Shown: one piece after another, positions 1-14,800 of the stretch
Layout of the letters: each line of letters begins with the position of its first letter
How positions within the stretch are numbered: the first letter of the stretch is position 1
From: Phoronis australis
Lineage: Eukaryota; Animalia; Phoronida
Length of the DNA: 64,000 bases
Assembly: GCA_002633005.1 (NCBI GenBank)
Contig: NMRA01000037.1
Span: forward strand, 778,703 to 842,702
Direction: 5' to 3'
Made by a program: the position numbers and the translations under genes
The notes under the pieces: generated by a model
Databases searched by the model: none
What the model saw: only the letters and a program-made list of their open reading frames with translations
What the model was told of the DNA's origin: nothing

Positions 1-549
1 GCGAAGTGATACCGCGGATTCCTTACGCAAGAAGAGCGATCCTCTCCCTGTTCCTGTATAGTTTACTGTTTCCTCCTTTCCAAACGTTCAACCATTTTCT
101 CTTGATAAATTCAAATAAAATACGGAAAAAACTTACGTGATATACAGAAACAGGAACAATAGGCGAAATATTGGCTATAATACATTGCAGTGGATTCCTC
201 CTATACGAAAAGTCGCTGATTCTATTACAGTTGGAAAAGTGAATGCATCTCAAATATTGAGAATCTAAGCCAAAGAGTTCGTTTAAGTATTTGTTCGTTT
301 AAGTATTTCACGTTGTCACTGCTAATCATTCGCCACCGAAAACAAGCATTGATTTACCATAACATTCATCAGCTTGTCGTAAACGAAATACGAATACCCT
401 TTGTGCACTACAAAATTCCCAATGAGCACCATTTCATGTTGTTACGTGTTACAACCATCATTTGTTAAAAGGACATTGTCGGCGAGATTTTCCGATACCA
501 GCCTCAACGAGGAATTGACCTTGCAACCTATGAAGCGCGTAGAAATATG

Positions 550-638
550 CTTAGTCTATGTGCACTTTTGCTTAATCTACCATACGCGTACTTTTGCTTA
601 ATCTACGCGTACTTTTGCTTAATCTACGAGTACTTTTA
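550..638. repeat. ~21-bp tandem repeat, about 4 copies (CTTAATCTACGCGTACTTTTG)
   Basis: Imperfect copies visible directly. Confidence 0.8.
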
Positions 639-3600
639 GTTCTTTAAAGATCATCGTTCTGCTCTCTGCTGGAGACGCTAAAGTCAACTCCATAAATGGT
701 TGTGTATTTTGAGCATATTGAACACAGGCCTGAACTTCAGCGAATGACTGACAGGCAACGATGAGAACTGGCTATTTGTGAGTCACAAATGAACACAACG
801 GATTTTGATCTGGTCAAAACTAAAAACTTCACTAAGTCTGTCCCATCCAACTATAATCCGAACAACCGTGAAACCGGCAATCATCCTTTAACAATACACC
901 AATGAGTTTTAAAATGTAATGTAAAAACGATGTCACGGAAATTTAATTCACAATAAAAATCATCACATTTATTCTTTTCTAAAACTGTACATGTTGGGTA
1001 ACAGGAACTACGTGTTTGGACATACAGTTTCGCTGTATACCCAGTGACCATCATTTCCGACCAATAAAAGCTCGTTCGTTGAAGGAAAACTATTTCCTTG
1101 AATGTCAATAGCTTCAAGTGCTTATGAAGGTGTGAATCGAGCGCGTAGCTTGTGTTCCCACTGGAATGTAATCGGAGGGTTTCTATTTTCGGACATTCCA
1201 CTGTGTAAATGTTAGTAGGTCACTTCCTCTATATGGCCATTGACGAGTGCGCACCTGGCGGTGAGGACATAAATTACACATGTTATCTTAGCCCCGCCGT
1301 GACACAGCGCACGTGGTGTACGGAGTGGACAGAGACGGAATGTTTACGTTAGATACAGAAGGACAAGTTGATGAACTGCACTCTAGGTTAAATAAAGCTT
1401 ATTACACATGAAAGAGGCACTGCTTGGAGAGGAAATCGGGCCTTGCTGAAATACATAGAGACTGACATTTATCAGCGTATTTACTCTTTCGTCTAATAAA
1501 AATCTCAACGCAGCTATGATATGTTTATATTTTGTTGTGATTGAGATAATTATGAGATAGATAAAATATTGATAAGAAGTTATCAAAATTTAGGGTGAAA
1601 ATAGATTGATACTTTCCGTGTAAGACACGTGTACTGTTGCCGATGAGAAAACCTGTTACGCGTTGTAGCTGAAACAGTTTCACTCCAATGATTTATATTG
1701 AAACGTCTAAGTGACGTTATCGGCTTTCGCCCCGAAAAGAGATTTTTGGGGGTTACTTTTGGATTTCATAGACTTCTTGGAAGTTATTGAAAAAACAAAA
1801 TCCTTTGTGTTTTGTGATTTTATTAAAATACAAGTCGCCAATTCTAAAGATTGTCGACTAAAGAATTTGTTGAAATCGTGCCGAACGTACCATTTAAATA
1901 CGTCATTTATAGTGTGGGAAATGGCGTAGCGATAGCGCATCATTCGCTGCTACTGCGAATCCGCGTTCCTGCAAATTTCTATGAAATAATTTTCTCGCCG
2001 AGGTCTCTTTCCTTTCCCTGCTGTGATTCAAATGAAATCACGCGTTGTTCACAAAACAAGGGTGTACTGGTTATAACGGAACAGAGCTCTCCTCGAGTAA
2101 GCTTTAACATATTGAAGTTTTCTTGAGCTTTTATTGGGGAATTGGTTGCATATTTTTCCAATTCAGTTAAATTAAAGCCTTCACGAAATAAATGTTAACA
2201 AAAACCATTTTAATCAAAGTTTACTGTCAAATACCGGTAGTCCAAGGCGATATTATATTTTTATCAAAATAAACAACAAAATTTAATATGGAGTTTTCAG
2301 TTTTTTAACTGATGGAACACAAAAAGATCATCACTTTTTATACGAGTTTACAAACAAATTGGTAGAATAGTTATTCCTGCTTTTTGCAATTATTATTTTG
2401 GTAATATTTTCGATTTGTGATTTATTTCATGTCGGTGAGAGCAATGGAAAAGCTATCTGTAATCGAGTGGCAAATTTGCATGGTTCATCGACTTCCAGTG
2501 AGCTATAACGATTACGCATTTAACCAATGAACTTTTTAGCTGAATAGCGGCTGCGATCTTCTAAAATATATCGGAATACGTCAATTCATGCAGTTAGTGT
2601 CCCACGGACTTGGGGTCTCACTCAGAACGAGATGTAATGAGACATGATTGTCGGAAACGACAGAATAAATTCAAACAAACAGAGATCATTAACTAAAGCA
2701 AGTCGTTTTCTTTTGCCTAATTGGGCAAACTAAGGGTTAACCGTTAACACGACTTCTGTGTCGAGTTGAGTTAACAAAGAGAAAGTAAATGGGGCACGAT
2801 TTAAATAACGACAGCATGCCGAGTAAAGCACGACTTTGGTTATACAATACCACCATGTAATTAGTCACACAATTACAATAATTTAATAGTGTCGCATTCG
2901 TTTTGTTCAGTCTTTTTATTAGCGTTTAACTTTTCGTTTCTTAGAACGCGTCGACTTGACAGGTCATCGAAAATATACAATTTATCCAAAAACTTAAAAT
3001 TTTAAGCATAAATAAATAAATATTTATGTTTATTTATTTATTACAGTGACATGGACTTTCACTAAATAGTAATTACCAGCAATACTAATGCCTATGCTAA
3101 TACTAAAACTAGTTGTAGTTAGAGTTGATACTAACATTACTAAAGATAAGCAGGCAGCTTGTTAAAATATGATAATTGTTTATAACGCTGTACAAAATAC
3201 AAGTTACAGGCATAGAGAATTTTAACAATAAATGCGATTTCTTTCGAAAGTTCTGTACGTGTATGGAAATGTTTTCGAAATATTTTTCTTATCGCTGTTT
3301 TATCGACCTCGCTAACAACATGCTCGTGGTCAGATGTGTGTTTTACAATTTGGCGAGTGATCTCCCAAAACATTCCTTGTTATCCTTTATTATTTTTGTG
3401 GGGACTTTGGTTTTCGAGGCATGCAGTTCCTCGAGATTGTGCGCATATTATTACACTGGGTTGTTGATACGTTATGAAGATCCGAACTTAACGTTATAGG
3501 GGGTCAGTCCCATGACATACCTATGATAGCAGTGAAAATCGTTCTTGGGACAAACGGGAACAACAGAAGAGAACGTCGAGCAAAACATTTTTCAAGACGC

Positions 3601-5199
3601 ATCAATAGTTTTAGATGAAGAATCAGCGTAAGAAAATGATTTACAGAAAAGAGGTGTTTAAGTGAAGATAATTACGACTATGATTTTGACATACTTTATG
3701 GTAACATGTTCCGTAGGCTTGTGCTACGAGGTCGTCCATTAACGAAGAAATGGTTTCCAAGATCAGGTAATAAGTATCACAAGAAATCTTCCCACTTACG
3801 CGTTCTGGACTTTATATTCATGTAACCAACCAAAACATATCGAAACATGGCCACTATTCACGCTTCACATTGACGCCGTCTCAGCCGACCGTGTGCTTGC
3901 CGGCGACCTTGGCTGGTCTAACCACCGAGTAAGTTAAACCTCGAAGGACATCATTCAAGGCCACAATTTTAGTATCGTCACAATGAGCCACAAGATCGAG
4001 TCACCAAGTTGGTTGAGGTCATCTGAGTACATATCGTGGCGACAATGTTTCATGGTGTTTGGTAAGGGTAAAAATGTTGAACCGACTCTGGAACGTGCAT
4101 GATGAATCTTCGCGCAATCCTCGCTGAACGCGGTGTTGTTTTGAAAATGGCTATCGCGTATCGCGTTTGTGCAACGTTTCCTGCGACTGATGTCCACGGG
4201 GAATTTTTAAAAAAACATAGGAAATCCCTGGACTCAGCTAGTGATACTTTGTGCAACCAGTAAGGTGAAACAAAGGGGTTTATATGGACTAATAACAAAC
4301 AAAATCACACGCTACTCAAAACTGCCATAAACCCGCGTTCCGTGCAAGCAACTAACTTTGGATTTACACCGCGTTCCACAATAAAATTTCATAGTCTCGG
4401 TCATTTTTTTACTGAGATGACAAGCGGTTGGTGGGCTTAGAATGAAATGACATTTTTTTAATGCTTGAGCCATGCTGGGAGCACTAAATGAACCGGCGTG
4501 ACAAGCCAACTTATCGAACCTGGTCTGTTGCGCGCGATAACGAAAAATCGCCAATCCCATAACGTTAAGCAATCCAAATCAAAGTAAGTTCCTTTAATTT
4601 AGGGCAAGTCTATAACAGTTTTCAAGATAATTTGATGATGAGTAAACCTGTGCCATTTTAAGTTACGAACATGTAACGTAGTTAACTTTAAGAGGAACCT
4701 TCTCTAGTTTAAAACACAAGCAAAAGGCAATGCACACACTGCTGAGAAGATAAAACTAAGCAATGATGAAGTGAAAACATCGTCAGTCGGAGATCATACG
4801 CTTCTGTGTAATGTACCCCAAATTCAGCGTCAATTTAATTTTAATGTAGCATGTTTTATCGGGTGCAGTTAACAACAACGAAAGTGACAAAAAATGATAC
4901 ATGTCCGCTGTAATTAATATTGAAATCATGAATCAAATTTTTAAAATGACAAACGAACACTGAGTAAAATGCAAAAATTATCTTGGGAGTTGCAATTTTA
5001 TTGCATTTTTATTGTTTTAGGTTGAAAACAAGTTTTACTTGTAAAAGCTAACAAAATTGAAATCGTTTCAAGTCCCATTAATCTCAAACACAAAAGTTTC
5101 CTGAGAATTATGAGACGTGTCTAAAATGTTGTTGGTGTGAATATAACAAAATTATAAACGCCTTCTAGTTTCAAACATCAGCAAAAAGAGCTTTGTAAC

Positions 5200-5330
5200 T
5201 GCCCCGACCACGTCACCAGCTTGGCCATTCAGCCCAATGTTTTGGTGTCCCACTGGGAGAACTGTCACTCAAAGCTTTACCAGTGGCAACGCGGGGCGGG
5301 GCTAAAACAATCAAACTACATTAACCATAA
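5200..5330 (+). promoter_or_regulatory. Candidate Alx proximal promoter (GC box, CCAAT)
   Basis: GCGGGGCGGGGC at 5291-5302 and CCAAT near 5234, 340-410 bp upstream of the ATG; TSS not determinable. Confidence 0.4.
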
Positions 5331-5642
5331 ACTGTTCTTACCATCTCATATCCTGTAGGAAGAACGAAACACATGAAGGAACCAGAGCAGCGCGTCGTTT
5401 AAACTTGATTTGATTTTATTTCGTTTCTATTTCCACCAATTAAGCGTAGCCTCTGGACTCGACAATTCTTGGAGAACATTGCTGTCTAAGTTGTTCGCAT
5501 CAAGGACAGGCAAAGAACTTCTGTGCTTTTTTATTACTTATTTTCCGTCATTGAATTCGGAACAAATCCTGACATTTACTCGACAGTCAAAAGCCCTGTT
5601 CACGAAAATCCGTGGAAGAATTCACGTGTATTTCTTCTGGAC

Positions 5643-5826
5643 ATGTCTGCCGGTACTCATTATTCAAAAGCCGACGTCTACGAGAAATTTAAACTAGAGG
5701 GTCTAACCAGCGCCGGAAGTCCTATAGCCCGACCCCTCACGGTGGACTGTAACCGCGTCACTTCACTCAACCAACATAGTATTGACGATATCCTCGGGAA
5801 CAAACGAGCGCACGAGATGAACAGGG
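5643..5826 (+). CDS. Alx: Alx exon 1 (start codon, eh1/octapeptide HSIDDILG)
   Basis: ATG at 5643; donor G|GTAAGT at 5827; the phase-1 G joins TC of exon 2 to give GTC in frame. Confidence 0.82.
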
Positions 5827-8800
5827 GTAAGTTATGTGGTAAAGCCTTCTCGAAATGCCATAACATTGAAAACTGAGTCATTTCCATGTTGAATTTCATA
5901 TATTTTAGATGTCTAAATTATCCGGAAGTCAAACTTACTGCTCTCTCAACGTCTAAATTCTGTAGGTTATTTTGCGGAGGCCTTCTCCGCAAATACATTT
6001 CCTCAAACCCCTTAAAAGGGTGAGGGATGGTGTTTGGCTCAGGGCTAAAGTTAGGCTCTCATTTTGCTTGTTTTTTCTGCCTCAATTTTGGTTACGCACT
6101 TCCACTTTTGAGGTAATAAAGTGCGTGACAACTGTATTCAATGCCGTGAGGTGGTTGTGATTGTTACGTAATTTGAGATACCTGCAATTAAGTTTCTAAA
6201 GAAATTTTAACTGTTTTGAACAAGAAGACTTTAAAGGCTTAGAAAATGTACATAAATGGTCAATTTGATTTTAAAAACAATTTAGACGAAGGTTTGAAAT
6301 TGAGATAATTTAGACGCCCAAAATACAGGATGTCTTTTATTTTTCCCTTGACCTTATGTTCTTTAACAGTTGTATCAATCTCCAGAACGTAGCCAAAAGT
6401 ACACTGCGTTATTTACTCACTTTAATAAGTACATGTTGGTGTTGTCTCATGCAAGACTCGACATGGCGACTGAAGACAGTCGCTGGTTTGTTCCACGACT
6501 TGAGGTCATTTTCTTCGAAGGCACGTGTACATGTTCCAGTGAACGATGAAAACGGTCAACTCCTTGCGAGACGAGGCGTAACAGTTTAGTTAATCTGGCC
6601 CCTTTTTATTTTGAAAGTGGATGTTTTGGTAGGAAGTACATAAATTTATTTGCTGTTGAAGTAATCGAACATTGCTTATACTTACTGTAGACAGGCTTCC
6701 GTGTTATTACGTACATCAAGTACGACATAGGTTTTATTTTCTCAAATAAGGATAATCTTGTGTTGTTCGCAAAACATGAAAGGAGTACACTTGTGCTTAC
6801 GTCAACACATGTGCCCATGACCCGTTTAATGTTTACATCCGGATTCAAACTACTGTCCATATACACAATGGCGACAAAGACATCATCATTAGGACCAATA
6901 GATCCGCTGCCTAATGAGTAAATATCCGATCAAATATACTGATATACTGCATAAAGTAAATCGACGTCCTGTGTCGTCACGCTTTTGAAACCAAAACAGT
7001 GGGACCAAGTTAGAATGCAACAAAATTAGAAATTTCACAGTGTAGTGAACAGTTCACCATTCGGATTTGAATTCGTAGAGGATTCAGAATGTTATTATCA
7101 AAAGCCAGCTGTTAGACCGGAGCGAGCAAATTTTCTAGTTTTCTAGTACGCGAGGTTCTAAATGCTGAGGAAGTGTTGTCAAGCTGACAAAGGTAATTTG
7201 ATTTATTTATAGAATTTTGTTACCCGCCGTGAAGACAGTGTAATTAACACTCCGGAAATAAATCCGTCTGGACATGCGCTTTTAGTACATGTACGTAGAA
7301 AGCCATTTTACTCTGCTAACTCCGAGCTTGAGAGACGTGCTTGCTCGTATGAAATTCTCTTGGAGATGACACGATTCGCTAATTGCTTCAATGTAAACAA
7401 AACAAACGGTTCATTATAAATATTACCAGGAGTTAAATTGATATTAAGACGTTTGACTGTCTAGTGGTCGTTATCGTAAATGTTCAATTAGAGTCAGTTA
7501 AGAAGCGTAATACTCATGTTTTAAGTTGTTAAAACACCTCGTTTTTAGATATGTATTTTTGTCCAAATTTGCACGTACTTAGGGATACAGGAGCCGTGGT
7601 CATACAGCAGCGCTTTATTCGGACCTCAAATCAGCTTTTTGTACATGTTACGTAATGTTTTAATACTAATACACATTCGTTTGGCACCTTGCTTACATTT
7701 TATTATAATTTCCATCTTAGAAGATGGCTAGATACGTTATGCTCCGTTTCGTAACAAGCTGTTGGTGAGCAAAATGTTACGTAACTTTCTCAAGGATTTC
7801 CTGTTGTTATTTCATTTAGAAATGTTTACCAAATTGTGAAAACTCTCTGCGTGATGTTCCACGATCTTGGTTAAAGTCACGATTTAAATGAAAGTGTTTT
7901 GATAAGAATTTATTGATGTGGAAAGATTTTAATCATTCGAGAAATTGAGAATAATACATTCCGCTTTATTTCTCAATTGCCCGATGCCTTTTTGAGCACA
8001 ACTTATTGGATTATTCAGTTATAAAAACAAAAGGATTGCACGATTCAAGGAACGTAAATTCAATATTTCCTGTTATTGCCCTAGTACTTGTAATGAAATA
8101 AAAAAGTCATGAAGCAAAATGGTAAATTCTACGGAATACTGTCATTTAAAAATTTAAAGCATCTCTTCTACGTATACAAAAATAATTGGCAGACGATGAT
8201 TTAAAGAGCTGACACATAATGATAAAATTCTCATGCAGCGGGTAAATCCGATTAAAACTAGTGATTAGGTGCCGGACCTTCTGACGACTGAACTTATAGT
8301 TCATCTGCTGCTTGACTTGTGTTCGGCTAGAGCCATCCTCTTTGGTCTAAAGGACTAGTCCCTCGCCCTCGGGGGACGGGAGTTACAAGTTAGTTCAAAC
8401 AAAAATTATTATAATAATATTTCTTGATTAACATGGGTATTTAACTTTACACCACCTTTCTTAGTGATGATATTTAATTATTCCTCATGATCTTCCAAAA
8501 TATTTTCTCAGAATGTTACGATAAAAAGTATTCCTAATACTCTTGGGAGGAATACGTCAATCAAACAAAAAATGATTTCTACTTTCAATTTCTTTGAAAG
8601 TGCATACGAAACAGGTTCAGTAATCAACTTCAAGTCAACAGGGTGAATCAAGCAAAATATAAGCTTCTACTCGTGACTTTGTGTTAAAATATGAATTCCT
8701 AATTTAGGCCTTCAATGTCTTTCTTTCGTGCAAAGTTGACACGCTAAATCGCGAAGAACGTGCAGAGCCTAAAACCAAGTTCCATCTCAAAATGACACCG

Positions 8801-11800
8801 GCACGTTGACTAGTAGATGGGAAAAATAGAATTGACTCTACAAAATCATATGGATTACAACGTGTACGATTTGGGCTGCTTATTTTTTCTAATCGTTTCC
8901 AAATATTAATGCAATATTAAAACCACAGTTCTTAGGACAAACAATTAATTAATCTTGCCCTTGCTACGAATAACTACCGTAATACAACTCTACTTGGCTC
9001 TGTTGAAATCAACCAAGTGTTAATAACAGAATTCTGACGTTTCAGTCATGCCGTCTCCATCATTTTCAGTTGACGACACACGCTTACGCTTGGATAGTCA
9101 GGGTCAGGAGAGTTGCAGCCCAACAGCAGCACCCGGCGTCCAGACGCCGCCGGAGACGCCGACCAGCGAAGCGGACATGTCGCGGGAGTTCAAAGACGAC
9201 ACCAATAACAACGTCGACAATTCGGACGACGGTTCTGAGATTAAAAGGAAGAAGAGACGCAATCGGACGACGTTCACGAGTTATCAGCTTGAAGAAATGG
9301 AGAGAGTCTTCCAGAAGACACATTACCCGGATGTCTACGCACGCGAACAATTGGCCTTACGATGTGACCTGACCGAGGCTAGGGTGCAAGTGAGTTCTCG
9401 TTTGCATTTTTCGGTGGTAGCGTTGTTTCATAAAGCTACCTCTCGCTAGTGAGATCACGCGCTTTGCGCATGCTCTATCGCGACATTACGTGCGTGGTGC
9501 GCTTAACTCGCCCTTTGCCATAGCGGTCAGAAGTTGACGGCAAAAGTTAATGGCAAAATATTTCTTCCAAAGTTGTAATGAATGTCCAGGTATGATTTGG
9601 CACCTTGGGTGGTTTTTCATGCATGAAATAAACAGCCTGTCGAAAATACTTTAGAATGTCGTATTTTACAATACTACGAAACATTTTCCCCAACAATATC
9701 CCGTTATTCATAAGCACCGTTAGTACCCCGATGTCCGACGCCAATGCACCACTCGTTTGCATGGTGCATCGCTACAGTTGTGTCATTGTGTCATGCAAAT
9801 AAATGTGTCACCATATTTTAAGCTATCAAAATCCCAAAAGACGGATACTTCGGGTTTCAACCTAATAGCTAATTTGTCTTCTCTACAAAGTATGCGCGCA
9901 GTGTGTTAGTTTTATCAGGTTGTAAGCTCTGCTGCCGTGCCAGCTGCGAGCCCAGTAAGCCGACTTAGACAAACTGCGTATTGTTTACGGACAAACCATC
10001 CCTCGGCACGCTGGCGCGTGAACACGTGTGGACAAACACCGGCAGTCGGTTCAACGTTTTGGAGAATTCGAAAAAGCAAAGTATGAAATTTCCGTTTAAT
10101 TGCTTATGTTATTTATAATGTGGAAGTTGCTGAATTTGGTGGTTGAAATCCACAGACAAAAATTATGTTTGTAATTGATAGAGCAAGGCGTAATCAAGTA
10201 AACTAAAGTCTAATAAACTTAAAATTCATATGTGTATTTTATGATTTTAGGGAGATTCCAAATATTTGTAAACGTCTCTCTGCTCGCTACCAAAACGCTG
10301 GCGCTATCAGCGACAATTGTAAAAACCGTATTTTAGCAAAATTTGTAAGTTTATGAATTGGGTAGATCCCAACTCCGATCGATACCTCATTATCTTATAT
10401 CTAGGGAAAGACTTTATTTTTATTTCAAAAACTACATTCCAAGTCACGTTAATAGTTCAAAGCTTGAATTATTAACATGCCGACATGTGTTTGGGTTCGT
10501 TTACTCTCCAGGATGAGCAAAAAACAACAGGTGTTTCATTTTAATAATTTTGTTGAGAAATAATAAACTCTTTCAACTCCTAAAATAATTCTAGACCGAC
10601 AACATTAGGAATTGAGGTTTCAAACAAAAGACAAAAAATTAGAGGCTGTTTATTTCGAAATGTATTCGCGCAATGCTCCAAGAAAGAAAATCTTACAATG
10701 GGGCATGTTTGCAACATGTTTCGACAAAATTCCTTGTGGTATTATTACCAATCCGTTTAGCAGGGTCAAGAAATTCATAGAAATACTTTATCAGTTTATT
10801 CAGATGTTAAACACGTGATCCGGTCTTTTCTAAAAGTGTTCAAACTAACGCCCTCTGTTAAAAAACTATGTTAATTGAATTAAAGAACCATCAGACCTGT
10901 TGTACAATATTTCTTATGACGAGATGTGAAGGATATCTACCACTGCATGTGAGTGCAAATCAATTAAGAATTGGAGGGAGTTGTATGTATTTTTAAATCA
11001 AATTAATTTGAATTTCCATTATCATTACTTAAACAAATGCCAACAAATCGTTTCTTTAATCGAATTTTATTCGTTTTAAATTGATTCTAAATAACCTGCA
11101 TAACTGGTAGATCATGCATTGTTTAACTTTCTTAACAATCACTTTCTCAAAAATTACGCTTACGGTTGTAAAACAATTGAGGCCCATTAGCTTTTACAAC
11201 TAAAAGTTGAATTACGGCGGAGATTGTGGAAGCAATCTGTGTTCGGACAGATTTTTTCGCGGTTGCAGGGGACACGTTTAAAAGAAAACTATGTTTTCTC
11301 TCATAATTAGAAAACGACCCTTATATTATGTGATCGCTTTGGACATCTCTGCGTGTCCCACTGCCTGCGTAAATAGAAATAAATTAAAAAACACAAACAT
11401 TGTTTTGGTTACCCGAGCGATACTTTAATCTTCGTGTAGCAACTGAACGTGAACCCAGGCTTCTTCTTTGGACGTTTTAACCTCAAACACGGTGGGTTCA
11501 TCAATAAAACTTTGTTTTGCTATCGGTTGCCCAACTTTCACACAGTTCTGTAACTGTTAATTTAGTATCACAACAATCAGCGATCTTCTCAACCGTTTCT
11601 ACGGTAACAGTTCATCGTTTGTAAGTTTTGCAATATATGGGAATTTGAGATCTTACTCGCGGCTGTTTTTTTAAACTTGGCAACAAAAATGCATTAGAAA
11701 GAAGTTTATTTTGTCACCTTTTGTATCATACAGGCGTCAAAGTAATTTTAAAGATGCTAAACATGCGTTCCGCCAGAGAAATCAATTTTTCATTTAAATC

Positions 11801-14800
11801 ATTTATGTCATAAAACGAGTCTCGGGTTGTTCCTTAATCAGCTGAAAAGTGGTGTCTGAGCTTAGAAGGAGCCGAAGTTCGTTATTGCAGAAATTTTCTT
11901 TTGAGAGGGTCTTTTTCTTCAATCTGGGATATTTACTTACTCTGGAATGTATTTAAATTCTTTTAGTCGATGTTTTTATATTCAAACAGGAAGAACGACG
12001 CTGTGACGCAGTCGTCTTACTTATACTGCTACTGCTAACGTTTCTGGCGTCATTACTCAAGTCAAAGGCAAATGTTATGTAACGGGACTGGTGCTGAAAA
12101 ACTGGCGGCATCGCCGCCTCTGGGCACTGCTATGAGAAGTGAAAACCGAGGAGCACGGCTTTCTAGGACATTTTGATGTTCTGGAGCTTGCTCTGCCTGC
12201 GTCACCACTTCTCGTTTGATAAACTTATTGATTGATTTCATTTTTAGAAATTATTCAAAATGCCCTTTATGGCAAGCTAAATATGCCACATTGACCAAAA
12301 AGACTTAAAAGGGTAACACATACTTGGCGCACAAAATGACCCGCTGTGACTAGCCAACTTGTTGACCGTGGTCTCCAGAAATAACGATCTGTCCGTTACT
12401 TCTAAGTCCAGAAATCAAATCAATTAGAGTGAAGAACAAATTTCTTAACACCGTATGTGGTCTAACTTAGAAGTGTACTTTTGACGCGAAGATGACCAAG
12501 TGTACCACAATTTCAGCAATCATGTTTGTTCGACTTTGAAGAAGTTTTAGCACAGCAATGAGAGTTTGAAGTCCTCTTGTCTTCAAATACTAGTCGTTAA
12601 GTTCCACACATTTAGACGATGCATGTCATTACGTCATTACATATCTGACGAAAACGATACCTTTTACCGTCTATTTGCTTAGGACCGCTGTGCCTACCTA
12701 TATTACCTACTGAGTTTCTTGTGGTAATATACAACTACACGTGTATTCTCCGACCAATGTATATTGTATAACTGAATCCCATCTTCTGAAGTAATTAAAG
12801 ACATATTCCCTCCAGACCGAGCCGACGCTAATTAATTTTGCTATAACAATAAACAGTTCGTTCTCCCAATTATTTGTCACTCAATGCCGGGGCTTATAAA
12901 TACCTACCAATGTATCGATGGGGAAAATTTGGGCTCCATATCACATCCCATACAATTTTATCCATTGACCAATTTTTATAACAACTTTTACGTTCATGCC
13001 TAAAACATTTGGAGTTGTTCAATTGCCTCGTGCAATTATTTCCATTCGTTAACTTGGTGACATGACAAGAGATACAAGAATTAACTATATTTTAAATTTA
13101 AACGTTTTATAAAAATTATAACAGTAAATGGAAAAATGAATTACATTTCATTTGTGAAAATTACTACTTTTCTCGCGTGGAAATTACTGTTCTGTGTTTC
13201 TCGTTGTCACGTGTTAATTATAATTAAGTTATCGGGATTTTCGTAGATGAGCCCACCCGATGAAACGCGTTTATTTGGTGTTACAACTTTGATGTCAAGT
13301 GCCGGAAATTTTCCTCTTGTCACAAATTCAGTTTTGTGGAGCATTTATCATTTATAAAAACGAGCAGTGTTGGTGAACTATGCATTTACTAACATAAAAC
13401 TTTAACACACAACTTTAAGTAAAAAATTTCAGTCAGGAAACCTCTCTAGGCCTACGCGTATTCAGTCTATGTCAATGTCTTCATCCAGCTCCCTCTGACA
13501 TTTGCGTAGCCAAAACTATGACTTTCCGTTTACACGTCCCCTTTTCCGAATATTTGGTGTTACTAAAACATCTGAAAATTTTCATTTTCCGAGTACACGC
13601 CCATGGCCTTATCTACGGAAAATCCCGGTACTAAATTTCTTCATTTCAAATGCTCTAAAGTTGTAGAACTTAAAATAAAAATGCGCCTGCTCCATGCTAA
13701 TATTGTTCTTTTTGCACAACTGACATAACAATTGTCGACCTTGATTATTCAGAACAACAATTTACGTACTTCCAACACTTTCATCGAAATCCGATTTCTG
13801 AGTCCCGAGCGATTCTCTGGCATCAAGTACGCGCAAAGATGTCGCTGACTCAGTACCCAGTCATCTTCGTAGTGTAGCATTCCTTCCGGACTTGCAACTC
13901 GTGTTTAGCTAATTAAAAACGGGGTTACAAGGTTCAAAGCCTTTGTTGTCTTTTCCTTTGATAAATTTATATTGGTCGTCATCGTGGGGCACAAAGACGC
14001 GTGAGTCTTGGAAGATAGATGCGTGTTAAATGGCTTTTAGCGGTGTTGAAGTCAGCGCCATGATTTGGCTTTGATAATCTGCTTAATCGTTCTTCATCAT
14101 ATTTTTAACGAGAGGCATTTTATTGCAGCATACATGAAAAAATAGTGTTGTTGTCACTAATTGAAACATCATTACCTTTGTTGTAAAATTATCTCATTGA
14201 ATATAACGTTCAATTCTTCATCTATCTTTTTGCATGTCCGTCAAAATAAAAATATAAACATGACAAAGAACTATCAAATAAAATTACTGTTCGCTGTAGG
14301 CAGGCAGATCACAGTGAAAATCCTCTGACTGCTAGCGAATCACTCTAACACTTTTAGCCTAGCCAATGGTTTGTTATTATTTGTCAAGTCGTAGACAAGC
14401 GTGTCTATGTTGAAAGTATGAGCTGCAGTTTAGATTTCTCAGTCTCTCGTCGCGTGTGCTACATATCGATGCATGATACCTCCGAAACAAGATTGTTAAT
14501 ACGTCAACTAATATTTTATAAAAAACAAAAAGCCATGTTCCCCTAATTGAGTTGACGACAAAGATGCTATCTGATTCGTAATAGACCGTGTTGAGACCTA
14601 ATTGCACGATCGGTTACATTATGAGTCTAATCCAATTCAGTTTTAATTTGTTACAAGGGGCGGCTGATCGTGTTGTCGAGTATGTTAGATGTAATTGTTG
14701 GCTTCTCTTGAAACTTGACGCCAAATTCTTTTCAAATATCCTCAGGGGAAATAATTAGCCTTCAATGTTCCTATATGGGTGGCTTTGTGACGGACCTGTG

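Noticed and set aside
3499-4070. Exon-like segments with AG/GTAAG boundaries upstream of Alx
   Set aside because: The first segment has stops in all three frames and no recognisable protein emerges; a lncRNA cannot be supported without transcript data
9070-9372. Overlapping Arg-rich alternative-frame ORF and antisense ORF on Alx exon 2
   Set aside because: Shadow ORFs of a GC-rich coding exon
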